From positions 1,862,180-1,894,179 of the forward strand of contig NZ_LT963434.1 in the NCBI RefSeq assembly GCF_900199515.1: DNA of 32,000 bases, read 5' to 3'. Position 1 is the stretch's first letter; each line of letters opens with the position of its first letter. A model generated the notes under the pieces. The model was not told the origin of the DNA, did not search any database, and saw only the letters and a program-made list of their open reading frames with translations. Source of the stretch: Massilicoli timonensis (lineage in GTDB: Bacteria; Bacillota_I; Bacilli_A; Erysipelotrichales; Erysipelotrichaceae). The position numbers and the translations under genes are program-made. This document shows, piece by piece, positions 23,756-32,000 of the stretch.

Positions 23756-25177
23756 TCACAGTGTTATTTCTGCGGATGTTCTGTCAATATCGCAAATGTA
23801 CGGTTTGATTTGTGCAAGATAATGATCTACCTGTTCCACACATCTGCCGATATATCGTTCCGGCTTCAAAAGTTCTTTCATTTCCGCCTCACTGAGTCCA
23901 AATTGCGGTTCTGCGCTCAAAAAGTGCAGCAGATCGCAAGTCCCGCCGTTTCGCATCTCTTCCACCGCTCTCATAGAGCAGGTGCGGATGATCTCATGGA
24001 TCTGTTGGCGATCGCCGCCGCGCTTGACTGCTTCCATCATTAAGTTTTCCGTTGCGATAAACGGCAGGTATTCCTGTACTGTTTTGGCAATGATTTTTTC
24101 ATTTACATGAAGCCGGCTTGTCACATTTTGTGCTAAGCGCAGGATCGCATCGGCACAAAGGAATCCTTCCGGCATGGAGATGCGGCGGTTAGCGGAATCA
24201 TCAAGAGTCCTTTCCAGCCACTGGGTAGAGGCGGTAATGGCCGCATTGCCGCTGTCAAAGATGAGATATCTCGCCAAAGAACAGATACGTTCTGTCCGCA
24301 TGGGATTACGTTTATAAGCCATGGCGGAAGAACCGATCTGATTTTTTTCAAAAGGCTCTTCCACTTGTCTGTCATGCTGGAGCAGACGAATATCGTTTGC
24401 CATTTTGTAGCAGCTTTGGGCGATTACGGAAAGGCAGTTTAAGATCCTGCTGTCTAATTTGCGCGGATAAGTTTGTGAGCAGATCGGATAACATTGATCA
24501 AAGTCAAAATCATGAGCGATCAAACGATTCATTTCATCGATTTTGTCATGATCGCCGTCAAACAGCTCCACAAAGCTGGCTTCGGTTCCGGTCGTGCCGC
24601 GGCATCCTAAAAAACGCATATGGGCGAGTACAAAATCAATCTCCTCTAAATCGCTCATCAGATCCTGCAACCAAAGGGCAGCCCGTTTGCCGACGGTTAC
24701 CAGCTGTGCCGGCTGATAGTGGGTATAGCCTAAGGTAGGCAGTGCTTTGTAGGTTTGTGCGAAATCAGCGAGATTTGCGACTACCTTTAATAATTCTTTT
24801 CGTAAATAGCGTAAGGCGTCTCGATAAATAATGAGGTCGGCATTGTCCGTTACATAACAGCTGGTAGCGCCTAAATGGATGATTCCGGCAGCCGATGGCG
24901 CTGCTTTTCCATAAGCGTATACATGTGCCATGACATCATGACGAACCTCTTTTTCTCTTTGTTTGACACATTCATAATCAATGTCGCAAATATGTGCTTC
25001 CAGTGCCGCGACTTGTGCTTCGCTGATCGGCAGTCCCAATCGGGACTGGGCTTTTGCTAAAGATACCCACAGCCTGCGCCAAGTCTGATAGCGGTTATCC
25101 GCTGAGAACAAGGCGAGCATATAGGGAGAGGCGTATCTGTTTGATAATGGAGATTCATATTGTTGTTTCATTTTCAT
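23756..25177 (-). CDS. purB: Adenylosuccinate lyase
   Basis: 473 aa. 'SPLSNRYAS' at the N-terminus and 'GSSAMAYKRNPMRTE' (fumarate-lyase signature). ATGA overlap with the purA stop. Confidence 0.9.
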   Translation of the reverse strand: MKMKQQYESPLSNRYASPYMLALFSADNRYQTWRRLWVSLAKAQSRLGLPISEAQVAALEAHICDIDYECVKQREKEVRHDVMAHVYAYGKAAPSAAGIIHLGATSCYVTDNADLIIYRDALRYLRKELLKVVANLADFAQTYKALPTLGYTHYQPAQLVTVGKRAALWLQDLMSDLEEIDFVLAHMRFLGCRGTTGTEASFVELFDGDHDKIDEMNRLIAHDFDFDQCYPICSQTYPRKLDSRILNCLSVIAQSCYKMANDIRLLQHDRQVEEPFEKNQIGSSAMAYKRNPMRTERICSLARYLIFDSGNAAITASTQWLERTLDDSANRRISMPEGFLCADAILRLAQNVTSRLHVNEKIIAKTVQEYLPFIATENLMMEAVKRGGDRQQIHEIIRTCSMRAVEEMRNGGTCDLLHFLSAEPQFGLSEAEMKELLKPERYIGRCVEQVDHYLAQIKPYICDIDRTSAEITL

Positions 25178-26463
25178 TCTTCCTCCTTGTTTTTGATGAT
25201 GATGCTTTCTCTTTCCGCACCTACTGAAATATAGCGGATCGGACAGGCAATCGTGTCTTCTATAAAGCGCAGATAGACTTTAGCGGCTTCGGGCAGATCT
25301 TTCCATTTGCGAATCGCTGAGATATCACACATCCAGCCGTCAAAATAGCGAATGATCGGCGCTGCTTTAGCAAGGGCGGCGGGGAAAGGAAAGCGCGTAA
25401 CTGTTTTCCCATCGATCTCATAGGCGATACAGACCGGGATCTTTTCCATCGTGCTCAGTACATCCAGCTTGGTAATGACAATTTCGGTTGCGTCCTGTAT
25501 GGCAATGCCATATGCAGTGGCAACCAGATCCAGTGCGCCGACCCTGCGCGCTCTGCCGGTCTTTGCCCCATATTCTCCTCCGGCTTCCCGCAGCTGCTTA
25601 GCCGCTTCGCCGAACAGTTCACTGACAAAAGGTCCCTCACCGACACAAGTGGAATACGCTTTGACAATGCCCAGCACCTTTTCTATTTTTATGCCGGGAT
25701 AGCCGCATCCGATCGGCGCATAAGCCGCGATGGTATTAGAAGAAGTGGTATAGGGATAAATACCGAAATCCAGATCACGAAGCGAGCCGAGCTGGGCTTC
25801 AAACAAGATCTGTTTTCCCGCTTCTTCTGCTTTCTTCAAATAGGCGCCGGTATCGCAGATAAACGGCTTGATCTGTTCGCAGTAAGTGTGCAGCCATTCA
25901 TCCAGCATGGCTTCGGTATAAGGCTTGGCCCCGTAGACCTTTGTCAATGTGAGGTTTTTCCATTCCATAAGATCCAGTAACTGTTCCTTTAATGCTTCCG
26001 GGTAAAACAATTCTCCTGCCAAAACGGTCTTTTTCTGATATTTGTCCGAATAAAACGGGGCGATCCCCTGTTTGGTAGAACCGTATTTTTTATCCGCAAG
26101 GCGCATTTCCTCAAGTGCGTCCATCTCTCTATGCCATGGCAGCAGTAAAGAAGCGCGTTCACTGATCTTCAAGTTATCCGCAGTGATGGCTACGCCCTTT
26201 TCACTTACCTGTACGATTTCCTTCCAAAGGCTTTCCGGGTCAAGCGCGACGCCGTTGCCGAGCACATTGACGACTCCTTCTCTGAAAATGCCTGAGGGAA
26301 GAAGATGCAGGGCAAATTTGCCTTTATCATTGATGATGGTATGTCCGGCATTGCCGCCGCCCTGATAGCGCACCACGACATCATAATGCGCAGTCAGAAG
26401 ATCGACCATTCGTCCCTTTCCCTCATCTCCCCAGTTAATACCTACAACTACACAGTTTGCCAT
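25174..26463 (-). CDS. purA: Adenylosuccinate synthetase
   Basis: 429 aa from ATG 26463, with AAGGAGGA upstream. 'VVVGINWGDEGKGRMVD' and 'GGNAGHT' are present. The track's extra 10 N-terminal codons are unlikely to be real. Confidence 0.9.
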   Translation of the reverse strand: MANCVVVGINWGDEGKGRMVDLLTAHYDVVVRYQGGGNAGHTIINDKGKFALHLLPSGIFREGVVNVLGNGVALDPESLWKEIVQVSEKGVAITADNLKISERASLLLPWHREMDALEEMRLADKKYGSTKQGIAPFYSDKYQKKTVLAGELFYPEALKEQLLDLMEWKNLTLTKVYGAKPYTEAMLDEWLHTYCEQIKPFICDTGAYLKKAEEAGKQILFEAQLGSLRDLDFGIYPYTTSSNTIAAYAPIGCGYPGIKIEKVLGIVKAYSTCVGEGPFVSELFGEAAKQLREAGGEYGAKTGRARRVGALDLVATAYGIAIQDATEIVITKLDVLSTMEKIPVCIAYEIDGKTVTRFPFPAALAKAAPIIRYFDGWMCDISAIRKWKDLPEAAKVYLRFIEDTIACPIRYISVGAERESIIIKNKEEE

Positions 26464-26477
26464 AATGTCCTCCTTTA

Positions 26478-27191
26478 TCAAACTTGGCCGCAAGCGCGTT
26501 TCATCACTTCGCCATATGCTTCTTCAACGCCGCCTAAATCATAGCGAAAGCGGTCTTTGTCAAGTTTTTTCCCGGTTTTTTGATCCCAGAGCCGACAAGT
26601 GTCCGGACTGATTTCATCGGCGAGAAGGATCCTGCCGGCTGTATCTTTTCCAAACTCAATCTTAAAATCCACTAAGGTAATGCCGCGTTCATCCCAAAAT
26701 CGCTTCAGCTCTTCATTGATCATAAAGCCATATCGCTTGATCGTTTCGATTTCTTCCTGCTCGCAAAGGCCTAATGCTACCGCATGATACGTATTTAACA
26801 GCGGATCTTCCAGCGCGTCGTTTTTATAGGAAAACTCAATGGTTGCGGCAGGAAAGGGGATGCCTTCAGCGATGCCGTATCGCTTCGCAAACGATCCCGC
26901 GGAAAGATTACGGACAATGACTTCCAGCGGGAAGATGCTTACTTTTTTTACCAGCGTTTCCCGCTCGTTTAATTCTTTTACAAAATGAGTCGGTATGCCG
27001 GCTTTTTCCAGTTCCTGCATGAACAGATTGCTCATTTTGTTATTGATGATGCCTTTTCCTTCGATCGTTCCTCTTTTGTGCCCGTTTTGTGCAGTTGCAT
27101 CATCTTTGTAGGAAACGATGAGAAAAGCGGGATCATCGGTTTCATATACTTTTTTCGCTTTTCCTTCATACAGCAGTTTTTGTTTTTTCAT
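26478..27191 (-). CDS. purC: Phosphoribosylaminoimidazole-succinocarboxamide (SAICAR) synthase
   Basis: 237 aa. 'LLYEGKAKKVY', 'PLEVIVRN' and 'LADEISPDTCRLWD' match PurC. Confidence 0.9.
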   Translation of the reverse strand: MKKQKLLYEGKAKKVYETDDPAFLIVSYKDDATAQNGHKRGTIEGKGIINNKMSNLFMQELEKAGIPTHFVKELNERETLVKKVSIFPLEVIVRNLSAGSFAKRYGIAEGIPFPAATIEFSYKNDALEDPLLNTYHAVALGLCEQEEIETIKRYGFMINEELKRFWDERGITLVDFKIEFGKDTAGRILLADEISPDTCRLWDQKTGKKLDKDRFRYDLGGVEEAYGEVMKRACGQV

Positions 27192-27214
27192 ATCGATCTA
27201 CCTCTTTCTTTTTT

Positions 27215-27601
27215 ATCAATTAGACAAATGCCTAATAGCCGATCAGCATAGGTTGGAAACAGCTAATACTGTTTTGCGCTAACACATTCGGCTTCATCAG
27301 TGACCATACGTAGTTTTCCCATCTGATCGCACAAGCTATCATAAGCAGCCGCTGCTTTTTCAAGCAGATCTTCTGTCAAAGCGGCGATACGCACAATGAC
27401 ATCTGCAAGTTTGATGAGCAGGGCATTTCAGATGATTGACTTGCTTGTAAGCGATGGTCTGGGCATCTCTTTGTTGTATGCTTCCACTGCCCGCTTTTTC
27501 ATCGCCTTTCTTAGCGCATGATAGCTGTCAGTGGGAAGCACAGCCTCCATCACTCTGTCATCGAAAACGTTACTGCCGAAAATCGCTGTTGCGCGGCTCA
27601 T
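27215..27601 (-). pseudogene. glnN: Relic of a type III glutamine synthetase (GlnN) gene with a large internal deletion
   Basis: Minus strand from ATG 27601, with AAGGAGGA RBS: 'MSRATAIFGSNVFDDRVMEAVLPTDSYHALRKAM...' matches the GSIII N-terminal pattern (xVFDxxxMxxxLPxxxYxAL). It stops after 57 aa. It then continues with '...MGKLRMVTDEAECVSAKQY*LFPTYADRLL', resembling the GSIII C-terminus (...LR...D..E.....YWPxPxYxDLLF) with TGG->TAG. About 1.8 kb of the gene is missing. Confidence 0.55.
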
Positions 27602-27620
27602 TCCTTATCCTCCTTCGATC

Positions 27621-27671
27621 AAATAGAAAAAGGCGTCTTTAAGGGTATGAAAACCACTTAAAGACGCCTTT
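27621..27671 (-). terminator. Strong hairpin plus U-run in the leader of the glnN relic (attenuator-like)
   Basis: A 15-bp perfect stem AAAGGCGTCTTTAAG (27629-27643) / CTTAAAGACGCCTTT (27657-27671) with a 13-nt loop. On the minus strand it is followed by TTTTCTATTT and then the glnN RBS. Confidence 0.6.
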
Positions 27672-27686
27672 GCCTTTAACGAAGAA

Positions 27687-27715
27687 ATACTATCATAGGA
27701 ATGTTTGCTTGTCAA
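27687..27715 (-). promoter_or_regulatory. Sigma-A-type promoter of the glnN relic
   Basis: Minus strand: TTGACA (27715-27710), 17-nt spacer, TAGTAT (27692-27687). Confidence 0.45.
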
Positions 27716-27787
27716 TGCGTTTCAGCAGGCTTTCCTGTTTGATAACCGTTCTTTTTGATCGGAGCATAGAAAAAAAGAAGATAGATA

Positions 27788-27796
27788 TGTTATAAT
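27788..27796 (+). promoter_or_regulatory. Extended -10 promoter element upstream of glnA
   Basis: 'TGTTATAAT' (TGnTATAAT) lies about 77 nt upstream of the glnA ATG. The -35 is poor. Confidence 0.4.
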
Positions 27797-27872
27797 TTTA
27801 AGCAGTTGAAGTAAAAAACAAGATCATCATAAAAACAGATATATACACTTGATCAAGGAAAGAGGTAGTTTT

Positions 27873-29084
27873 ATGAAATATGCAGAGGAAGAAGTAAAAC
27901 AGTACATCAGTGAAGATGATGTAAAATTTATCCGGCTCGCTTTCTGTGATGTATTTGGCAGACAAAAAAATATTTCGATCATGCCGACGGAATTGGATCG
28001 TGCTTTTGCGGATGGCATCGCTTTTGATGCGTCCTCGGTGCAGGGTTATGGCGATGAAACGCACTCCGATCTGTTCTTAAAACCGGATAGTCAAACACTG
28101 ATGGCGCTTCCTTGGCGTCCGGAGCATGGCAAGGTCGTCAGGATGTTCAGTGAGGTAACCTATCCTTCCGGTGAAATTTATGAGTGCGATACCCGATATC
28201 TGTTAAAAAAAGCGATCCGGGATGCACAAAAGGCTGGGGCTTCTTTCTATTTCGGTGCAGAGCAGGAGTTTTATCTCTTTGAACTGGATCAAAACGGGGA
28301 AGCGACGAAAAAGCCTTATGATCATGCGGGCTATATGGATATTGCACCGGATGATAAGGGGGAAAATATCCGCCGTGAGATCTGCCTGACATTGGAACAA
28401 ATGGGGATCCGACCGGAAAGCTCTCATCATGAAGGCGGTCCGGGACAAAATGAAATTGATTTTCGCTATTCGGACCCGCTTACGGCTGCCGACAATGTCA
28501 TGACCTTTCAAACGATCGTGAAAACGGTTGCTTACCGCAATGGTCTCTGTGCTGATTTTACGCCGAAGCCGCTTGAAGAAGAACCGGGCAACGGCTTCCA
28601 TATCAATGTGTCGATCAAGAGTGATGACGGGGCCGATCATCTGCATCATGTAGTGGCAGGGATCCTTGATAAAATTGCGGAAATGACGGTTTTTCTCAAT
28701 CCGAGCGAAGCGTCTTATCTGCGCTTTGGCCATAGTCGCGCACCGCGCTATATTTCCTGGTCCAGTGAGAATCGAAGCCAGTTGATCCGCATTCCCGCTG
28801 CCCGTGGGGAGTATCGTCGTGCTGAGCTGCGCTCTCCTGATCCGATGGCAAATCCTTATCTTGCGTTTGCCTTGATCATTTATGCGGGGTTATATGGAAT
28901 CCAAAAGGAATTGACCATGCCGCAGGCAGTCGATCAAAATCTGTTTAAGGCAGATGCGGATCTACTTGCGCACCTGCAAAAACTGCCTGATTCTTTGGCA
29001 GAGGCGCGTTTGCTTGCCAAACAGAGCACATTTATCGCAAAACATGTGCCACAGGCAGTCGTAGATATTTACTGCAAGAAATAG
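27873..29084 (+). CDS. glnA: Glutamine synthetase family protein (type I-like, short form)
   Basis: 403 aa from ATG 27873, with GGAAAGAGG RBS; the track's TTG 27849 start is unlikely. 'VKFIRLAFCDVFGRQKNISI' (beta-grasp), 'HHEGGPGQNEIDF', 'NGFHINVS' and 'RIPAARG...ELRSPDPMANPYLA' are present. Confidence 0.85.
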   Translation: MKYAEEEVKQYISEDDVKFIRLAFCDVFGRQKNISIMPTELDRAFADGIAFDASSVQGYGDETHSDLFLKPDSQTLMALPWRPEHGKVVRMFSEVTYPSGEIYECDTRYLLKKAIRDAQKAGASFYFGAEQEFYLFELDQNGEATKKPYDHAGYMDIAPDDKGENIRREICLTLEQMGIRPESSHHEGGPGQNEIDFRYSDPLTAADNVMTFQTIVKTVAYRNGLCADFTPKPLEEEPGNGFHINVSIKSDDGADHLHHVVAGILDKIAEMTVFLNPSEASYLRFGHSRAPRYISWSSENRSQLIRIPAARGEYRRAELRSPDPMANPYLAFALIIYAGLYGIQKELTMPQAVDQNLFKADADLLAHLQKLPDSLAEARLLAKQSTFIAKHVPQAVVDIYCKK

Positions 29085-29118
29085 TTTTCATGAAATCAGG
29101 GAAGGAGGGAGCGATGCC

Positions 29119-29703
29119 ATGTCTTTACAAGAACGTGTTTACAGTGTGCTGGTCGTTTCCGCATCAAAACACTTTCAAACGGTTATGACGGAGCTGCTCC
29201 CTGCTTCTGGATATGAACCGATTTGTTTTGCGGGCGGTGTGAATCAGGCGAAGCGTCTGCTCGCAGTGCGTACATTTGATTTTATCATCATCAACTCGCC
29301 GCTGACAGATGCCACAGGCGTTCATTTTGCGATTGACTGCTGCCGTGGTCAAAATACGGTAGTGCTTTTGTTGGCGGGTGCAGATGTGCATGATGAAGTA
29401 CATGAAAAGGTTGTGGCATATGGGGTGTTTACCTTGCCGAAGCCAACCAGCAGAGCCACTTTGCATCAGGCGCTTCGCTGGATGTCCAGCGCCAGAGAAC
29501 AACTGCGCCGACTGGAACAAAACACTTCTTCCATTGAAGAACGGATGGAAGAGATCCGGATGATCAATCGTGCCAAGTGGCTGTTGATCAGGGAATTGCA
29601 GATGTCAGAGCCTGAAGCGCATCGTTATCTTGAGAAAAAAGCAATGGATCACTGCATTTCTAAAAAAGAGGCTGCCAAGCATATCATCAAACGATATGCC
29701 TAA
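29119..29703 (+). CDS. ANTAR-domain RNA-binding regulator with an N-terminal receiver-like domain
   Basis: 194 aa. The C-terminal 'IEERMEEIRMINRAKWLLIRELQMSEPEAHRYLEKKAMDHCISKKEAAKHII' matches the ANTAR helical pattern. GGAGGGAG RBS. It lies directly downstream of glnA, as in clostridial glnA-glnR. Confidence 0.8.
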   Translation: MSLQERVYSVLVVSASKHFQTVMTELLPASGYEPICFAGGVNQAKRLLAVRTFDFIIINSPLTDATGVHFAIDCCRGQNTVVLLLAGADVHDEVHEKVVAYGVFTLPKPTSRATLHQALRWMSSAREQLRRLEQNTSSIEERMEEIRMINRAKWLLIRELQMSEPEAHRYLEKKAMDHCISKKEAAKHIIKRYA

Positions 29704-29750
29704 AGCTAAAAAATCCTGTAACATCACGCATATGGAAAAACGATGACAGA

Positions 29751-29792
29751 AAACAAGGATCGACTTATGAAAATCAATCCTTGTTTGTTTTT
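29751..29792. terminator. Bidirectional rho-independent terminator (ANTAR gene / pepF)
   Basis: AAACAAGGAT (29751-29760) pairs with ATCCTTGTTT (29777-29786), followed by GTTTTTATTT. Confidence 0.7.
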
Positions 29793-29815
29793 ATTTCATT
29801 TTTACCATATGCTTT

Positions 29816-31573
29816 TTACATCAATTCTTTTAATTGCTTCAGCACATCTTCAAAATATGTGAAGGCATCGTCGTAGACCGCATCGCTTCTTGGATCGACG
29901 CCGGCATGTACCAGTTCATCGATCGGCGATTCACTGCCGCCTTTGCTTAAGAAAGCGAGATAGTCTGCTACTTCACCTGCTTCGATCTTCTTGACGAAGC
30001 TTAAAGCGACTGCCATTCCCAGCGTGTATTTATAGACATAGAAGTTGTAGTAGAAGTGTGGAATATAATAGCACTTATAGCCTTCTAATTCGTCAATGCA
30101 GACACTTTCTCCGTAATAGTCTTTTGACAGCTGAATGAAATAATCAGTCAAAACAGAAGAAGATACCGGCTGATCCTGTTCGATCAGTTCATGCAGATGG
30201 CTTTCAAACTTCGCATACATCGGCTGACGGTATAATGTGCCGACCAGCTGTTCCAGCAGGTTTGCCAAGATGTATTTGCGGTATTGGCGATCATCGCTTG
30301 TCTTCAGCAGATAATTGTTTAACAAGATCTCATTGACCGTGCTGGCAACCTCCGCCACAAAGATACGATAATCGGACAGCAGCGGGCGCTGGGTGGTGCG
30401 GGAGAAATAAGAGTGCATCGAATGGCCCAGTTCATGCGCCAGGGTGCTGAGGGAATCATAATTGCCCGTAAAATTTGTTAAGATATAAGGAAGGGAATCA
30501 TGACAGCCGCCGGAATAAGCGCCGCCGACTTTCTGTTCATGCGGGAAGCAGTCTACCCAGCGTTCTTCCTGCGCACGCGTCAATAGTTTTCCATAGGTTT
30601 CGCCTAACGGCGCCAGCGCTTTGCGAATGATGTCAAAGCTTTCTTCGATCGTATAGGAAACATTGACGTCCTTGATATAAGGAAGCAGTAAGTCATATGT
30701 GTGCTGTTCTTTTAATCCCAGTTGTTCTTTACGGAAGGCAAAATAGTCATGGCGTGCCTGCTTGTATTTTTCATTTGCCATATGCAGCACTTTGTCATAC
30801 AGCGTTTGATCCGCGCCATCTGCGAATAAACTTGCTTCCAGCGCCGATGAAAAGTTACGCATTTTGGCGTTAAACACCTGTCCTTTCGCATGCCCTTTCA
30901 GCATCTGGGCGAGTGCATTGCTATAACGCTCGTATTCCTGATACAGATTCGTAAAAGCTTGTTTACGGACCTCGACATCAGGGTGAAATAAGAAAGAGGT
31001 ATAGGTCGCATCACTTAAAAACTGCTCTTCTCCATCTACCATGACCGGATCAAAACGCATTCTGAATGCGTCATAGATCTGAGCAGGGGCTGTGGCGATT
31101 TCACCGATCTCTGCCAACAGCTGTTCTTTTTCCGCGTCGAGACGATGTGGAATGGTGCGAAACAGCTCGCTCATCGGATAGCGGAAATCCGCGCATGCCT
31201 CATCCTGCAAATAAGAGTCGATCGCTTCTTTTGCTTCGATCAGTTCTACATCACAAAAGCTCAAGCCGGTCATCGCCTGCTGATACACCTGCATCGCTGC
31301 GGCTTTATTCATCGTATTTTGGGGAATGGACGGCTCTACATCACAGCTCATATTCGCATAGACGATGCACTGTTCCAGATAGCGCTCCATATCCTCCTTC
31401 GTTTCCATATAGCAGATAAAATGGTCTTTGGTATCTGCCAGATGTCCTTTCATCGCGATCAGCGCCGCTAATCCTTGTTTGGCCTTGGCAAGCGCATTGT
31501 CAAAAGCCTGCTGATCGGGGAATAGTTTGGTTAGATCCCAAGTGTACTTGGTTTCGATCTCATTTCGTTTCAT
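29816..31573 (-). CDS. pepF: Oligoendopeptidase F (M3B metallopeptidase)
   Basis: 585 aa. 'TLAHELGHSMH' is the HExxH zinc motif. The N-terminal 'ETKYTWDLTKLF' is typical of PepF. Confidence 0.9.
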   Translation of the reverse strand: MKRNEIETKYTWDLTKLFPDQQAFDNALAKAKQGLAALIAMKGHLADTKDHFICYMETKEDMERYLEQCIVYANMSCDVEPSIPQNTMNKAAAMQVYQQAMTGLSFCDVELIEAKEAIDSYLQDEACADFRYPMSELFRTIPHRLDAEKEQLLAEIGEIATAPAQIYDAFRMRFDPVMVDGEEQFLSDATYTSFLFHPDVEVRKQAFTNLYQEYERYSNALAQMLKGHAKGQVFNAKMRNFSSALEASLFADGADQTLYDKVLHMANEKYKQARHDYFAFRKEQLGLKEQHTYDLLLPYIKDVNVSYTIEESFDIIRKALAPLGETYGKLLTRAQEERWVDCFPHEQKVGGAYSGGCHDSLPYILTNFTGNYDSLSTLAHELGHSMHSYFSRTTQRPLLSDYRIFVAEVASTVNEILLNNYLLKTSDDRQYRKYILANLLEQLVGTLYRQPMYAKFESHLHELIEQDQPVSSSVLTDYFIQLSKDYYGESVCIDELEGYKCYYIPHFYYNFYVYKYTLGMAVALSFVKKIEAGEVADYLAFLSKGGSESPIDELVHAGVDPRSDAVYDDAFTYFEDVLKQLKELM

Positions 31574-31613
31574 CGTATCACACTCCTTTATGTTTTAGTA
31601 TAACCCTTTTTTC

Positions 31614-31641
31614 TTGAAGTGCCAATACTTTATGTTATAAT
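31614..31641 (+). promoter_or_regulatory. Promoter upstream of deoD
   Basis: TTGAAG (31614-31619), 16-nt spacer, TGtTATAAT (extended -10, TATAAT at 31636-31641). Confidence 0.5.
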
Positions 31642-31684
31642 GAAACCAAGAGCATAGGGCTCATCAGAAAAAGGAGGTTGTTAT

Positions 31685-32000
31685 ATGTCTACACCGCATA
31701 ATCAGGCAGCAAACGGCGAGATCGCTAAAGTGGTGCTGATGCCGGGAGATCCGCTGCGCGCCAAATACATTGCCGAAACATTTTTAGAAGATCCGACGAT
31801 GTTCAATACCGTGCGCAATATGTACGGCTATACCGGAACTTATAAAGGAACACGCATTTCCGTAATGGGAAGCGGCATGGGGATGCCTTCGATCGGCATT
31901 TACTCCTATGAACTGTTCTCTCACTATGATGTGGAGTGCATCATTCGCATCGGCAGCGCCGGCGCTTATACCGAGGAACTGCATTTATTCGATCTGGTAT
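31685..32000 (+). CDS. deoD: Purine nucleoside phosphorylase, DeoD type (5' part, runs off window end)
   Basis: From ATG 31685, with AAGGAGG RBS: '[69 protein letters not shown]', very close to the canonical DeoD N-terminus. It is absent from the ORF track because there is no stop in the window. Confidence 0.9.
   Translation, partial: MSTPHNQAANGEIAKVVLMPGDPLRAKYIAETFLEDPTMFNTVRNMYGYTGTYKGTRISVMGSGMGMPSIGIYSYELFSHYDVECIIRIGSAGAYTEELHLFDLV

Noticed and set aside
27803-27872. Looked for an ANTAR dual-hairpin/terminator or a glutamine riboswitch in the glnA 5' UTR.
   Set aside because: The UTR is AT-rich, with only a 10-bp palindrome (CTTGATCAAG) and no terminator or conserved riboswitch core that I can recognise.

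Overview
This is a 32-kb chromosomal segment from a Gram-positive, moderate/low-GC bacterium. GGAGG-type ribosome-binding sites and PTS operons under PRD/RAT control point to Bacillota, perhaps a gut Erysipelotrichia/Clostridia-like genome, but taxonomy cannot be verified without a search. Left to right: (1) 1-7340, a mannose-family PTS operon (EIIA-IIC-IID-IIB) that also carries a PatB/MalY-type PLP C-S lyase, an MtlR/LicR-type PRD regulator and two divergent SIS-domain paralogs. (2) 7341-10640, a decayed mobile-element island. It holds an ORF6N-domain gene surrounded by a family of hairpins, a heavily mutated VirB4-type conjugation ATPase pseudogene, an AT-rich small membrane-protein gene, nested palindromes and a truncated tRNA-Arg(CCU) 3' half (att scar). 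(3) 10739-14125, alpha/beta hydrolase, murF (with an unusual polytopic N-terminal extension) and ddl. (4) HD-domain protein, lipoprotein and a cytoplasmic 22-aa-repeat LRR protein. (5) 17018-22084, a second PTS cassette: divergent EIIA-Glc, a LicT/SacY-type antiterminator, glucose/maltose-family EIICB, a second PatB/MalY lyase and a CBS-less KpsF-like SIS protein, controlled by three RAT/terminator modules. (6) pyrG-purB-purA-purC on the minus strand. (7) A deleted type III glutamine synthetase relic, then glnA and an ANTAR regulator. (8) pepF and the start of deoD. I found no rRNA, no intact tRNA, no CRISPR array, and no intact transposase or integrase. The best candidate for an undescribed system is the PTS + PatB/MalY lyase + SIS enzyme logic, which occurs twice within 20 kb using non-homologous PTS families, SIS subfamilies and regulators. 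Neither copy has a glycosidase, kinase or aldolase, which suggests catabolism of a sugar-amino acid (or thio/amino-sugar) conjugate. All family assignments come from motif recognition by eye; no database search was possible.
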